A stretch of DNA of 64,000 bases from Methanotrichaceae archaeon (GCA_963813075.1 CAWEXU010000031.1:192001-256000); one strand, 5' to 3'; numbered from the stretch's first letter, positions 41,949 through 52,740 are shown. The notes: generated by a model from the sequence alone, not told the origin. Numbers and translations are program-made.

Positions 41949-44900
41949 CAAGCTTTTCATGCTTAACTTCAAGAAGTTCCGCCGGGCGGAGGTGGAGTTT
42001 CAGGATGGAGTCACCGGCATCTTGGGGAGCAACGGCGCTGGCAAGAGCACCATCGTTGAGGCCATAGCCTGGTCGCTTTATGGAAGCCGGGCTTCGAGCA
42101 TAAAGAGGGACTTCATCAGGAACTCCCGCGCCGGCGAGGCTGACTCGGTGGAGGTCAAGCTCTCCATGTCTCTTGGAAAGCGGGAGCTAGACATCTACCG
42201 CTCCATGAAAGGGAAGAATATGACTCCCGAGGCTTTTCTCTTCCTGGATGGGCAGAGGATCGCCGCCGGCACAAAGGAGGTCGACCAGAGACTGGAGGAT
42301 ATCCTGAAGATCAGCTATCAGGATTTCATGAAGACCTTCTACGCCCGGCAAAAGGACCTGGACAATCTGCTCAAAGAGGGGGGAATGGGCAAGAGGGAGT
42401 ATCTGCTCAAGCTCCTGGGTCTGGAGGACATAAAGGAGAGCGCCCTGGAGGAGATCAAATCCGATCGATCGAATCTTGAAGAGCAGAGGAGCAGGCTGGC
42501 TGGAGCCCTGGCGGAGATCGGAGAGGTCCAGGCGCGGCTGGAGGAGGCATCGCGGGAGATATCTTTTGCCAGAGAGGGGCTGGGGGAGGCGGAAAGATGT
42601 GAAGCCCAATTGCTGGGGGCGAGGGAGTTGCGATTCCTAGAGACTGGATGTTCTCAACCAGAAGATGAACTCTTATGGCATTCTGGCGGAGAGGGCCTCC
42701 CGGCTGCAGGAGGAGTACAGGAGCCTCGAGATCCTCATAGCCCGGGATGAGGGGCGACTGAAGGAGATCGAGGCATCAAAGAGGCGATTGGCTGAGATCG
42801 GCCCGGCTCTGGACAGGCTGGCCGGGGTCATCGCCAGGCTGGAGCTGCTTGAGCCCAGGAGGACTCTGTTCGAGGAGATCTCCAGGAAAATAGCAGTGGC
42901 AAAGGCACGCCTGGAGGGAGAGAGAGCTGCTCTGGAGAAGGATGAGAAAAGGCTGGTGCAGCTTGAAGGGGATAGGGCTCGGCTGGGCGAGCTTGAGCCC
43001 TGTGAAGAGGAATATAAAGAAGTTCAAATTCTCCTGGCCAGGCTGGAAGAGCTGCGAGAGAGGTATGCCAAAATCAGCCTGAGCCAGAAAGAGGATGCCA
43101 TCCGGCTGGAGGGAGCAAGGTCAAACCTGGTCCGAGCAGACAAATCCATCGAGGATCTGCAAAAAGCAGCTGCCAGGTACGAAGAGCTTCAGCCGGCAAT
43201 AGAAGAAGAGAAGAGGCTGAGAGTTGAGCAGGCAAAGCTATCCGGAGAGAAGGAACGGCAAAAGGAGCTGGACCTTCTGGAGAGCCAGAAAAAGGCCCTG
43301 GAAGACAGGATAGCAGCCCTGCAGGATGGCGGCAGCAAAAATCCAGGAGGATCTTGTGGGCCTGGGAGACCTGGAAGAGAGAGAGGAAGAGCTGCGCCAG
43401 CAGGACAGGGACCTTGACTCTCTCGGATCCGAATTGAACAATGCCCTGGCCGACCTCAGGGGGAGCCTGAAGGTTCAGGAGAATGCGTTTCTGGAAAATG
43501 AGAGGGCACTGAAAAAGGTCAGATCACTGGGAAGTGAGGGGCTCTGTCCCACCTGCGAGAGGCCAATAGAAGGCCAGAGGGATCTGCTCCTGGGAAAGTA
43601 CCAGTCCGCCCTGGCCCAGGCGAAAGAGGAGAGGGAGAAGCTGAAGGGAATGACGGCCTCCCTTACTGAGAAGATCGAGGGGGTGGCAGGCTCTCGCAGC
43701 CGGCTTGCCGGGGCCTTTGAGGATCTGAATGGCAAAAAAAGCCGGCGATCTGCTCTGCAGGCCGATATGAAAAATGCCAATTTGCAGATCAGAGAGACGA
43801 ATAAGGAAATTGAAGGGATTGAAAATCAGCTCCTCTCTTTTGCCGGTCTTGCTTTTGACGCCGCAAGACTCTCAGAGGTCGAGGCCGCTCTGGCAGATCT
43901 GGCTCCGCGGGTTTTAGAGTGGCAGAGCCTGGCCGGACGCAAGGAGGAACTGCCCAGAAGGATCACGGAAAGGGAGGCTCTGGTAAAGGAGATAGAGACC
44001 CTGGAGGAGAGAGGGCAGCATCTGGCAGAGCAGATTCGAGAGCTGGGCTACTCAGAGTCTCAATATATAGAGGCTAAGAGAAGGTGGGAGAGCACAAAGC
44101 CGCAGCATGAGCAGTTCATCACCCTCATGGAGAGGACCAAGGAGATTCCGGCTCTGGAGGAGAAGACCGCTTTCCAGAGAGGGGAGATAGAAAAAGCCTG
44201 CTGCTCTTTAGAGGAGCTGGAGAGATCGGGCAAGGACCTGGGCTTTGATCCAAAAGAGTACAGCACTTTACTGGCGGAGAGAAAGCATCTCGCCCAGGCG
44301 GAGGAAGAGGCCAACAAAATAAAAATCCGGCTGGCACTTGAGCCGGAGGTGAAAGGAAAGCTGGCCGAGTCTAGAGATGCCCTGGAAGCCAGGCAAGTGG
44401 ATATCGCTCAAATAAAGGCGGAGACGGAGTCATCTGGCCTACAGCCAGAAGGCCCATGAGAATGCAAAGCTCGACCTGGCCGAGGCGGAGAGGAATCTGG
44501 CCGCATCGCAAAAGACCCTCTCAGATTTGAGGGTTCGCCTTGGCGTCCTGGAGGCGGGACTGGCAAGGCTGAGAGAAGAGGAGAAGAGAAAGACTGAGCA
44601 CGAAAAGAGGCTGGAAGAGACCTCAAGGAAGCTGGAGGTGGTGGAGATGACCCGAGGTCTGGTCAACGACTTCATGGATCAGGTTCTGATCCGGGTGAAA
44701 AACGACATCGCCAAAGCGGCCAGCGAAATCTTAGAGGAGGTCTCGGGCAAGTACAGCCTGCTGAAGATCGACGACGACTTCAATATTCAGGTGGAGGACG
44801 GCGGCAACTTCTACCCCATCTCCCGCTACTCCGGCGGGGAGATCGATATGATCGCCGTATCGGTGCGGGTGGCCATAAGCGAGTACCTGATGCGCTTTGG

Positions 44901-45120
44901 CCCGGATGGTGAGAGCTACTCCTTCCTGATCCTGGACGAGGTCTTCGGCAGCCAGGATATCGAGCACCGGGAGAAGATGATCCAGATGCTCAGAAGCCTG
45001 GAAGAGCGTTTTCCCCAGATCATCACCATCAGCCACATCAGCGACGTGCAGGGGCAGTTTGACAATACACTGCTGGTGGTGGAGGACGAGCTGGGCAACA
45101 GCCGGGTGGAGGCAATTTGA
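41938..45120 (+). CDS. rad50: Rad50 ATPase (several frameshifts)
   Basis: GSNGAGKS, coiled coil with CPTC zinc hook, YSGGE, LILDE, ISH. Confidence 0.93.
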
Positions 45121-45239
45121 TTTGATCTATCAACGATCACCATCCAGCCGAAAGTACAGCGGTTCCTTAAGAAGAAAGCCGAATGCAGCGTCAGAATGAG
45201 TAATGGATATATTTGAGCTAAGATGTGAGTTTATAAAAG

Positions 45240-45413
45240 ATGGCTTCGTCAGTTGAAATCATAAAGAACAAGAGTTCCCGAAAGCTTGATGCCTTCATAG
45301 ACTCCTTGACCGACAAAGAGATTGATGAGTTGAACGCCGATGAAGGCGGTGATGAAGAGCCTATGCCTTTTGAGGAGTTTTGCAGGAAAGCAGGCATTAA
45401 ACTTCAAAAATAA
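45240..45413 (+). CDS. small acidic protein (57 aa), antitoxin-like; absent from ORF track
   Basis: MASSVEII...EEPMPFEEFCRKAGIKLQK; C-terminus resembles archaeal RelB-type antitoxins. Confidence 0.5.
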   Translation: MASSVEIIKNKSSRKLDAFIDSLTDKEIDELNADEGGDEEPMPFEEFCRKAGIKLQK

Positions 45414-45498
45414 TTAAGATAGCCCTATAATCGCCCTTCGCTAAATCATGTGGCTAACGTACTGTAGAAAATTTTCCTTTGTGCCTTTGCGCTTTGTG

Positions 45499-47083
45499 CC
45501 TAAACTCCGCCCTTTTTAATAACCATATTCGCCTCAACAGGCACGCTAATTTCCATCTTTTCCAAAATCGTCCTCTGTTTTTTAGAGACCTCTGTAAGCC
45601 TCCACTTTCCGCCGACTTTAACTGCTCGCAACTTTGACAATTCCATCAGAATCTCCTCGATAGAACTCTTATCGAGCAGCTTAGCCTCCCTTGCCCTCCG
45701 GAGCAAAATTGCTCTCAGTATCAGCGATATGAAGAAGATGAACAGCAAGCCTTGTAGCGTTTCGACCTTCTGTACTCTCAGAGGCATAACTTCAAGTTCA
45801 TTCTTCAGATCATCGAACTTCTTCTCGACTTCGTCTCTCTCCCGATAGAGAGAAAGGACCTCATCCCAGCTTCGTTTTGATGAAGAAAGTAGAATTGTCT
45901 TTCCAAATCGATTTACAGCCTGCGATATGGCGTTCACTCGTCTGCTAAGATGAATCGTCTTGCCTTCCAGAGTGTACTCAAAATATCTTTCAAAATTTCC
46001 TGCTGTCCTCTTGAATTGGTCGATTGGATTTCGGAACTCTTTTCCGTCAATGGTGCATTCGATATCGATTAATCGATTGTAGAACGAATTTGTTTCTAAT
46101 CCTTCTCGCTTCTTGTTAAACAGGACATATCCATAGGCATCGACGTCCCCAATTTGAATCTCACTTTCCAGGACATAGAAGATATCACCGCCAAATCTTT
46201 TAGCATTAGCCGGGCTCTCAATTTCTCTATTCGTCTCACTGATCAAGCCCTTGCCGACATTGACGCTAAACGGAAGAGGAATGATAAAATCGATGTTCGC
46301 GTCGTTCATTTCTTTTATATTATTCTCACTGTAGAATCCGCGATCCAAGATGAATAGACTCTTCGATATGCCAAGCGCTTTGACCTCAGCCACAAGGTTT
46401 TTCAGAGTCACAACATCGCTGATGCTGCCTGGAAACAGTTTGAAATATAAAGGTAGATGCCTATGCAATGAAAGAACCAGGCCGAGGTTCACTTGAGGCA
46501 GGTCAAGACCATCGCGATTATATCCCCACTCCAGCCAATCGATATTTCTGGAAGCAGATGAGAGCGATGTGATATCGAATATCAGCGTCTCATCCTCGCC
46601 GGCGATCAAAGAATTATAGAACGAATTCATGGACTTTTCTTTTGTGGCCAATCGTTCCAGGAAATTTGAAAGCCATTGGGAGCTGAATGATTCTTTGAGC
46701 GAGTACATCTCTGGCAGGAAAGAATCATCAAGAACGTTGTTTAAATTCTTAAGAGAGGTTTGATGAAGCAGCTTGCTCATTGCCATAGCTAAAATTATAT
46801 CGCCATCTTCGGCAAATGATTCTGAAAGCTTCTTTCTGAGCTGGATCTCACTGCTTACGGAATCCAGAAGATATGCCGGGCCTAATGATTTCGTTGTCTT
46901 GACATCTCGTTCTGCTGTTTTCGGGATGATCTGGCCTGTTGCCTCATCCCAAACGCCAAGGTATCGCCGTTTCTGCCGGGATTGTTTCTTTTCAGGATCC
47001 CAATAATTTTCGGCTTCGTAAGCATATGTCCGCCCGCGGATCTTCTGCTTAACCAGATATGTCATAGCTAAGAGTAATAACCA
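45499..47083 (-). mobile_element. IS1634-family insertion sequence
   Basis: transposase stop at terminal cctaaactcc; flanked by ttgcgc(c)tttgtg direct repeats. Confidence 0.85.
45500..47065 (-). CDS. IS1634-family DDE transposase
   Basis: FDITS, WGYNRD..DLPQVNLGL, PGSISDV, LDRGFYS, YRERDEVEKKF..LKN. Confidence 0.93.
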   Translation of the reverse strand: MTYLVKQKIRGRTYAYEAENYWDPEKKQSRQKRRYLGVWDEATGQIIPKTAERDVKTTKSLGPAYLLDSVSSEIQLRKKLSESFAEDGDIILAMAMSKLLHQTSLKNLNNVLDDSFLPEMYSLKESFSSQWLSNFLERLATKEKSMNSFYNSLIAGEDETLIFDITSLSSASRNIDWLEWGYNRDGLDLPQVNLGLVLSLHRHLPLYFKLFPGSISDVVTLKNLVAEVKALGISKSLFILDRGFYSENNIKEMNDANIDFIIPLPFSVNVGKGLISETNREIESPANAKRFGGDIFYVLESEIQIGDVDAYGYVLFNKKREGLETNSFYNRLIDIECTIDGKEFRNPIDQFKRTAGNFERYFEYTLEGKTIHLSRRVNAISQAVNRFGKTILLSSSKRSWDEVLSLYRERDEVEKKFDDLKNELEVMPLRVQKVETLQGLLFIFFISLILRAILLRRAREAKLLDKSSIEEILMELSKLRAVKVGGKWRLTEVSKKQRTILEKMEISVPVEANMVIKKGGV

Positions 47084-47213
47084 TTGCGCCTTTGTGGTGA
47101 GGCCTAAGAATCCCGATTTCACCAGAGAGACAAAATGGAGAAATAGTGGCCCCAGTTATGCCCATAGAACACAGCCTAGAACCGTTTGCCTGGATTTCTC
47201 CACCCAGCATACT

Positions 47214-48399
47214 TCAGCCTAAAGCATAGCGGAGCAGCCCGGCCAGCTTCAAGCCATCCCAGTCCAAATGAAGGAGCATCTTCATCATCAGACTGCTGGG
47301 CCGGTCGATATCCCCATGCTCTTCTATGGTCTTGATAAGCGCGGGCTTTCCGGCCAGGTAATTCACCAGCTCGTCGCATTCTTTGCCGCTCATTCGATTC
47401 AGCATCCGGTTTGCCCTCATGCCGATCTCCAGCTCCCGGCCCAATTTGGCCCGCCAGATCCGGTCGTACTCCTGCAGCCGCAAAACAGAGCCGTCGCCTT
47501 CCATTGCAGCTGCTGCCGCCACCCCGCCCGCGATTTTGGCCGCCACCAGTCCGGGATAGATCCCTCCTCCCGAGGTGGGCTTGACCTGGCCGGCAGCATC
47601 CCCCACCACTAAAAGGCCCTGGGCGACGGTCGTCGCGGGCGGCCCAAGCGGCAGGCCGCCCACGTTTATCGCTGTTGCCGATCCCGAGGATCCTCTTTCT
47701 AATTCTTTCCTGCCCGAGGAATCTCTTCAAATGCTCGCATCCCCTCTCCCTGGCGCACAGGCCTATGCGAGCACTCTCTTCGCCCGTGGGTATCACCCAG
47801 GCGAAAAGGCCCGGCGCGGCTCCCAGGTGCACCTCCACCGATTCGGGGTCCTCTACTGCAAAGGGAACCTCCACCTGCGCTCCGGACAAAACCACCTCCG
47901 GAGGCATGATCCCCGCCTGTCGGGCCAGCCTGCCTCTGACTCCTTCGGCAGAGATGACAATCGATGCCCGGATCGCTTCGCCTCCCCCAAGGGAGAGAAT
48001 GCTCTCTTCCCCCTCTCGTCTTATTCTTCTGACCGGCGAGCAGAGCCTCATCTCCGCCCCCTCTCGCAGGGCCTCGCAGGCTAGCGCCCGGTCAAAAAGC
48101 CTCCTGTCCACGACATAGGCCCTTGGAGCCTGGGCTTTGAAGTCCAATCGATTGCCGGCCGGGGAATAGATCGCCGCCCCTTTCATCCTTCCCAGGACAA
48201 ATGAGCCTTCTTTTAGCTCCGACTCCGCCATCGCCCCTAAACCGAGCAGGCCGGCGCACTCCACCGGCCAGCCCACCATTGGATGCTCCTCCAGGAGGAT
48301 CGTTTCTGCTCCCGATTTAGCGGCATATTTGGCGGCCATGGAGCCCGCCGGGCCGGCGCCGATGACGGCTACGTCAAAATGATCTTTCAGGGAATGCAT
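47214..48399 (-). CDS. geranylgeranyl reductase family flavoprotein (frameshift near 47665)
   Basis: VIGAGPAGS, CAG, FAWVIP, VGDAAGQVKPTSGGGI. Confidence 0.9.
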
Positions 48400-48875
48400 C
48401 TTTCCAGGTATTCTGCCAGACCTTCTATCGTCTCGATCTTTTCATCAATCTGGGTGCCCTCAGAGATGCGGTCGTACACCAGATCCCAGCAGGAATAGTC
48501 CCTCAGCCTGAGGACGGGCTCTCCTTTTGGCGTCCAGGCCATTTCTATCTCATAGCGCACCCACTGGCCGTTCTCCTTTATGACCTCAAAGTTCTGGCAG
48601 GCTCCGACAGCGCCGCCAGAGATGACCGGTTTTCCGCCATCCACCTGTTCATCGACCTGTACATTGATGAACAGCCTTATCCAGCTTTTGTATTTCGAGT
48701 AACGGCAGGCCCAGTCAGATAGACATACAGGACCCTCCCAGCCGGGGATCTCTCTCATGTTCTCCAGATTCCATTCCTCCAAATCGACCTCGTTCTGATT
48801 CATCTTGAGCTGATTCACCTCATCCGAGTTCACCTCATTCACATTGTCTGACCGGCATATGCCTCTTGCGGGCAA
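48387..48875 (-). CDS. hypothetical protein (start uncertain, low-complexity N-terminus)
   Basis: 162-aa Trp-rich ORF overlapping the GGR start. Confidence 0.6.
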   Translation of the reverse strand: MPARGICRSDNVNEVNSDEVNQLKMNQNEVDLEEWNLENMREIPGWEGPVCLSDWACRYSKYKSWIRLFINVQVDEQVDGGKPVISGGAVGACQNFEVIKENGQWVRYEIEMAWTPKGEPVLRLRDYSCWDLVYDRISEGTQIDEKIETIEGLAEYLERCIP

Positions 48876-48932
48876 GTCGAAGTAGGTGCCAGGTGCAAAA
48901 GCATTTGTACAATCCTGACATAATAATACTCT

Positions 48933-49781
48933 ATGGCCGAGGTAGTGGAGCTGATTGAGGAGACAGCAGGAAAGAAGGAAGATGGGGCAGAGGAGGAGGA
49001 TTCAACCCCTTCTGCACCTCCCAGGACCATATGGTCAGGCAGCCTGAGAATAGGTCTGGTCAACATTCCGGTCAAAGCCTTCTCCATGATCAGGAACACC
49101 CGCATCAGCTTTCGCATGCTTCACAAAGCTTGCAAGACCCCCATCTCCTTCAAGCGCTACTGCCAGGAGGGAGAGGAGGTAGCCCTCGCGGACATAGTCT
49201 ACGGTTATCCTCTGGGAAAGGATAAGTATGTAGTTCTGGAGAAAAAGGAGATCGATAAGGCGAAGCCCGAATCCAGGAACACCATAGCCCTCGACCGCTT
49301 CATCAGCTTCTTTGAGGTCGATCCACATTACTTTGAGAAGACATATCTGCTGCTGCCCGACCGCTCCGAGGAGGCCTACTCCCTTTTAAGAGCAGTGATG
49401 GAGAAAACGGGCAAAGCGGCCATCGGCAGGATCACCATGCACTCCCGGGAGAGGCCGGTCATAGTCCACTACTACCGGCAGGCAATCGCTGCCACCACCA
49501 TGAGGTACCCTGATGAGATCACAGATCCGGCGGGATATAGCGTACTGAAAGAGCTTCCCGAGCCGTCGGAAAAGGAGATGGAGCTTGCTATTGAGATCGT
49601 TCGCGGCCTGACTGGCGAGCTGGATTATGGCGCTTATGAGGATGAGTACAAGAAGAGAATCGAGGCCCTGGTCAGGTCCAAGGTGGAGGGCGTGGTGATT
49701 GTACCGGAGAAGAAGAGGGAGAAGCCCCCGGCCAGGAGTCTGATGGAGGCCCTGCGGGCGACGGCCGATTCGCTGAAATGA
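48933..49781 (+). CDS. ku: Ku protein (NHEJ)
   Basis: RTIWSGSLRIGLVNIPVK, YFEKTYLL, MRYPDEI, LMEALRAT. Confidence 0.95.
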   Translation: MAEVVELIEETAGKKEDGAEEEDSTPSAPPRTIWSGSLRIGLVNIPVKAFSMIRNTRISFRMLHKACKTPISFKRYCQEGEEVALADIVYGYPLGKDKYVVLEKKEIDKAKPESRNTIALDRFISFFEVDPHYFEKTYLLLPDRSEEAYSLLRAVMEKTGKAAIGRITMHSRERPVIVHYYRQAIAATTMRYPDEITDPAGYSVLKELPEPSEKEMELAIEIVRGLTGELDYGAYEDEYKKRIEALVRSKVEGVVIVPEKKREKPPARSLMEALRATADSLK

Positions 49782-50738
49782 ATCCGATCAAGCCGATGCT
49801 GGCTGTATCCGGCCAGCCCTTCAGCAGAGAGGGCTGGATCTTCGAGCCGAAGATCGACGGGACCCGCTGCATAGCCTCGGCCCAGAAAAGGGTCGTGCTC
49901 TCCAACCGCAGGCTAGCGGATATCAGCTATCGCTACCCTGAGCTGGTAAGTGCGCTGAGCAGCCTGAAGGAGGAGTGCGTCCTGGACGGCGAGATCACCG
50001 TCTTCAAGAAGGGCATTCCCAATTTTCGTTCTTTAGCGGAGCGAGACCATCAGAACGATAAGATCAAGATAGACTACCTCTCCCGTGCCATGCCGGCCAG
50101 CTATGTCATATTCGATATCCTCCATCTAAATGGGGAGAGCCTGATGCATCTTCCCCTCAAAGAGAGAAAGAGGATTTTGTTCGAGCAGTTGGAGGCGGAT
50201 CTGGAGGATAGCGAGACCGTGACCCTCATCGACTCCTTTCCTGAGAAGGGGGAGGATTATTTTCAGGCCGCTCTCAAAATGGGGAATTGAGGGAGTGGTC
50301 GGCAAGAGGCTGGAGTCGCTCTATCTGCCCGGCATCAGGAGCCAGGACTGGGTGAAGATCAAAAAGAGCCTCAAGCTGGATTTAGTTGTAGGCGGCTACA
50401 TTCCGGGAAAAGGGGATCGATTGCCTTTCTTTGGCGGACTTCTCCTCGGCGCCTACAGCCAGGGCAAACTGGTGTACATCAGCAGGGTTGGATCCGGCTT
50501 TACCGAAGAGGAGCTGCAGGATATCACCAGCCGCTTTTCGCCCACTGAAGAGTCCCCGTTCTCCGATCCGCCGGCAACGCCAGGAGTAGTATGGATCGAG
50601 CCGAAGATGGTGGTCCAGGTCACCGCTCTGGAGACAACACATGATGGCGGCCTGCGGGCCCCGGTATTCCTGCGCCTGAGGGATGACAAGGAGCCGGAGG
50701 AGTGCACATTGGATCAGATGGGAGCGGAATTAAAATAA
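49778..50738 (+). CDS. ATP-dependent DNA ligase, LigD ligase-domain type (frameshift near 50283)
   Basis: KPML, FEPKIDG, VLDGEI, FDIL, EGVVGK, WVKIK, RVGSGF, LRAPVF..LRDDK; ATGA overlap with ku. Confidence 0.92.
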
Positions 50739-50784
50739 CTTGTGAAGAAGATCCGAAGAAGACGCGCCTCTAAAGAGAAGCATA

Positions 50785-51155
50785 AAATCGAGTTCCGGGC
50801 GGGTTCAGCACCGATCCACAGCGCCCTTTTAGAAGGAGCCAATCACATTGTGATGGCCTGTCCGCGCCCCGAGCCCGACTCAAAGCCGGGCAATATAGCA
50901 ATTACCACACTGGACTTAACGCAGCGTCCCTTTTACGAGAACCCTAAAGCACCGCTTGATGCCGGGTTGATCAATTGCACTGCCACTGGCTTTGTGCCGC
51001 GCCCATTGAGCCAGGCGAGATTTCCAGATAAGCTGAATTAAGGCATACTACGCCAATTAAGGCGTGTATCTCTTTGACCCACTGGTCATCAGCTTTTCTG
51101 GTGCTTTTCGGATGCTGCCCCAATAACAGCACCGATAAGCTTTTTTCTCGTTCTT
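50785..51155 (-). ncRNA. candidate large structured non-coding RNA (~370 nt), family unassigned
   Basis: ten or more nested inverted repeats; several mismatches become G-U only on the minus strand; TATA upstream and T-rich tract downstream. Confidence 0.65.
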
Positions 51156-51179
51156 GCGGCTTTAGACGCGGCAATCTAT

Positions 51180-51187
51180 CTATATAA
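51180..51187 (-). promoter_or_regulatory. TATA box for candidate ncRNA
   Basis: minus strand TTATATAG about 25-30 nt upstream of the first helix. Confidence 0.5.
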
Positions 51188-51292
51188 TCGTTATAGTTAT
51201 TTGTAGTTTTCGGTTGAAATCGAATAAATTAAGTGGCCAGACGCAAAGCATGGAGCCAGTAAATATACGGCGAAATTATGCGGTGAAATACT

Positions 51293-52054
51293 GTGAAGAT
51301 AGTCTACAGCAGAGAAATGCAGGAGAGGTATCCTGCAAACCCGGTGGAGAATCCGGATAGAATCTCTCTCTCGGCCTCAGTTCTGCAGGAATTCGAATTC
51401 ATTGAGCCCATTCCGGCAAGCCTTGAGGACATCGCCAGAGTGCATGGACCGGAGCATATCGAACGGGTGAAGAGCAATGGACTGTACGATGCCGCCGCCC
51501 TTGCCGCGGGCAGTGCCATAGCGGCTGCCGAGCTGGCCCTTGCAGGAGAGCCAGCTTTTGCCCTCGCCCGCCCTCCAGGCCACCACGCATCAGCCAACCG
51601 GGCCTGGGGAATGTGCTTTTTCAATAACATGGCCATAGCGGTGCAGAAAGTCCGGCCGAAAGCGAAGCGCGTCCTGATAATCGACATCGATCTTCATTTT
51701 GGCGATGGCACAGTGAGCATCTTTCGGGGAGACAGCAATGTCCGGATCGTCAACCCCTGGTCGGTGGACGAGAACTTCGAGTACCTGAACATGGACCAGA
51801 GCCGCTATTTGGGGCAGATCAATGAGGCCTTCCAGGGTTTCGATTGCGATATCGTCGGGGTGTCGGCGGGCTTTGATACCTATATCGAGGATTGGGGCGG
51901 CCTCTTGAAGATCGAGGACTACAGAATGATCGGCAGGGCCATCCGGGAAGGATCAGAGGAGAAATGCGACGGGAAGAGGTTCGCCCTGCTGGAGGGCGGA
52001 TACCACCCGGGTCTTAAGTGGTGCATAAAGAGCTTCATCGAGGGATTCGGGTGA
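51293..52054 (+). CDS. histone deacetylase family protein
   Basis: RPPGHHA, GMCFFNN, DIDLHFGDG, SAGFD, LEGGY. Confidence 0.93.
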   Translation: MKIVYSREMQERYPANPVENPDRISLSASVLQEFEFIEPIPASLEDIARVHGPEHIERVKSNGLYDAAALAAGSAIAAAELALAGEPAFALARPPGHHASANRAWGMCFFNNMAIAVQKVRPKAKRVLIIDIDLHFGDGTVSIFRGDSNVRIVNPWSVDENFEYLNMDQSRYLGQINEAFQGFDCDIVGVSAGFDTYIEDWGGLLKIEDYRMIGRAIREGSEEKCDGKRFALLEGGYHPGLKWCIKSFIEGFG

Positions 52055-52086
52055 GCTGGCTGCAGCTAGCCAAAGAGAGCATCCGG

Positions 52087-52685
52087 CTAGATCACGGATA
52101 TTCCCACGGGAAATCCGCGCTCTTCCAGCTCCCTTCCCGCCATTACCCTCCTGTTGCCCTGCTGGTCAACGATGGTCAGGCTCTCCAGATGCCATTCGCC
52201 GGTCTGATTGGCTGGCAGGATAATGCTGGCATTATACCAGCCATCCTTAGCCGATCCCGCGGTGATGTTCGCCGCTGGTAAAAGGGCCACTGCCTCCACG
52301 CTGTCGGGCCCGGTGACTGAACCTGGCTTCGGCTCCATAAAATGCCTGGTCGTCTATGGCATGCAATGTGATATTGACCGGCTGGGAGGAGTTGGCCGGG
52401 ATCGATTGCGGCTCAATGGCAAATCCCGCCAGGCTGGGGGCCTGGTCGTCCGCCATCGGCCCGGAGAGACTGCGAGGCGGGCTCAGAGGATCAGGGGATC
52501 GCCTAGGCGAGAAAGTCCTGGCTGTTGCCACCGATCTGGATGGTCTTCTCGATCGAGAAGACGCCTATCAGGTCCTCCATGCTTCGGCCGTACTCAGTGG
52601 CTGCGCCAAGAGCGGGGATCGTTGGAACTATAGCGAGCAGTACGAATACGGAAATGAGTATGGGGAAGAGGGAAATTCTGTTCAC
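52087..52685 (-). CDS. secreted hypothetical protein (frameshifts)
   Basis: signal-like ISLFPILISVFVLLAIVP; consecutive ORFs in three frames. Confidence 0.55.
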
Positions 52686-52740
52686 GACTCGAATAATGCC
52701 ACCAGGAGAGAAATAGCTTTTCCCTGCAAAAGAGCACGTC

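Noticed and set aside
50977..51020. Cobalamin riboswitch (gccactgg...gagccagg on plus strand)
   Set aside because: Lacks the AGGGAA and GGGAAG core elements; G-U polarity favours the other strand
50785..51155. RNase P RNA, SRP RNA, group I/II intron or tRNA
   Set aside because: No GAGGAAAGUCC, SRP helix-8 motif, group II domain V, group I P7 elements or cloverleaf found by eye; a covariance search is still needed
50742..51174. ORFs 50742-51041 (+) and 50971-51174 (-) as proteins
   Set aside because: GTG/TTG starts, no recognisable motifs, and they overlap the densely paired region
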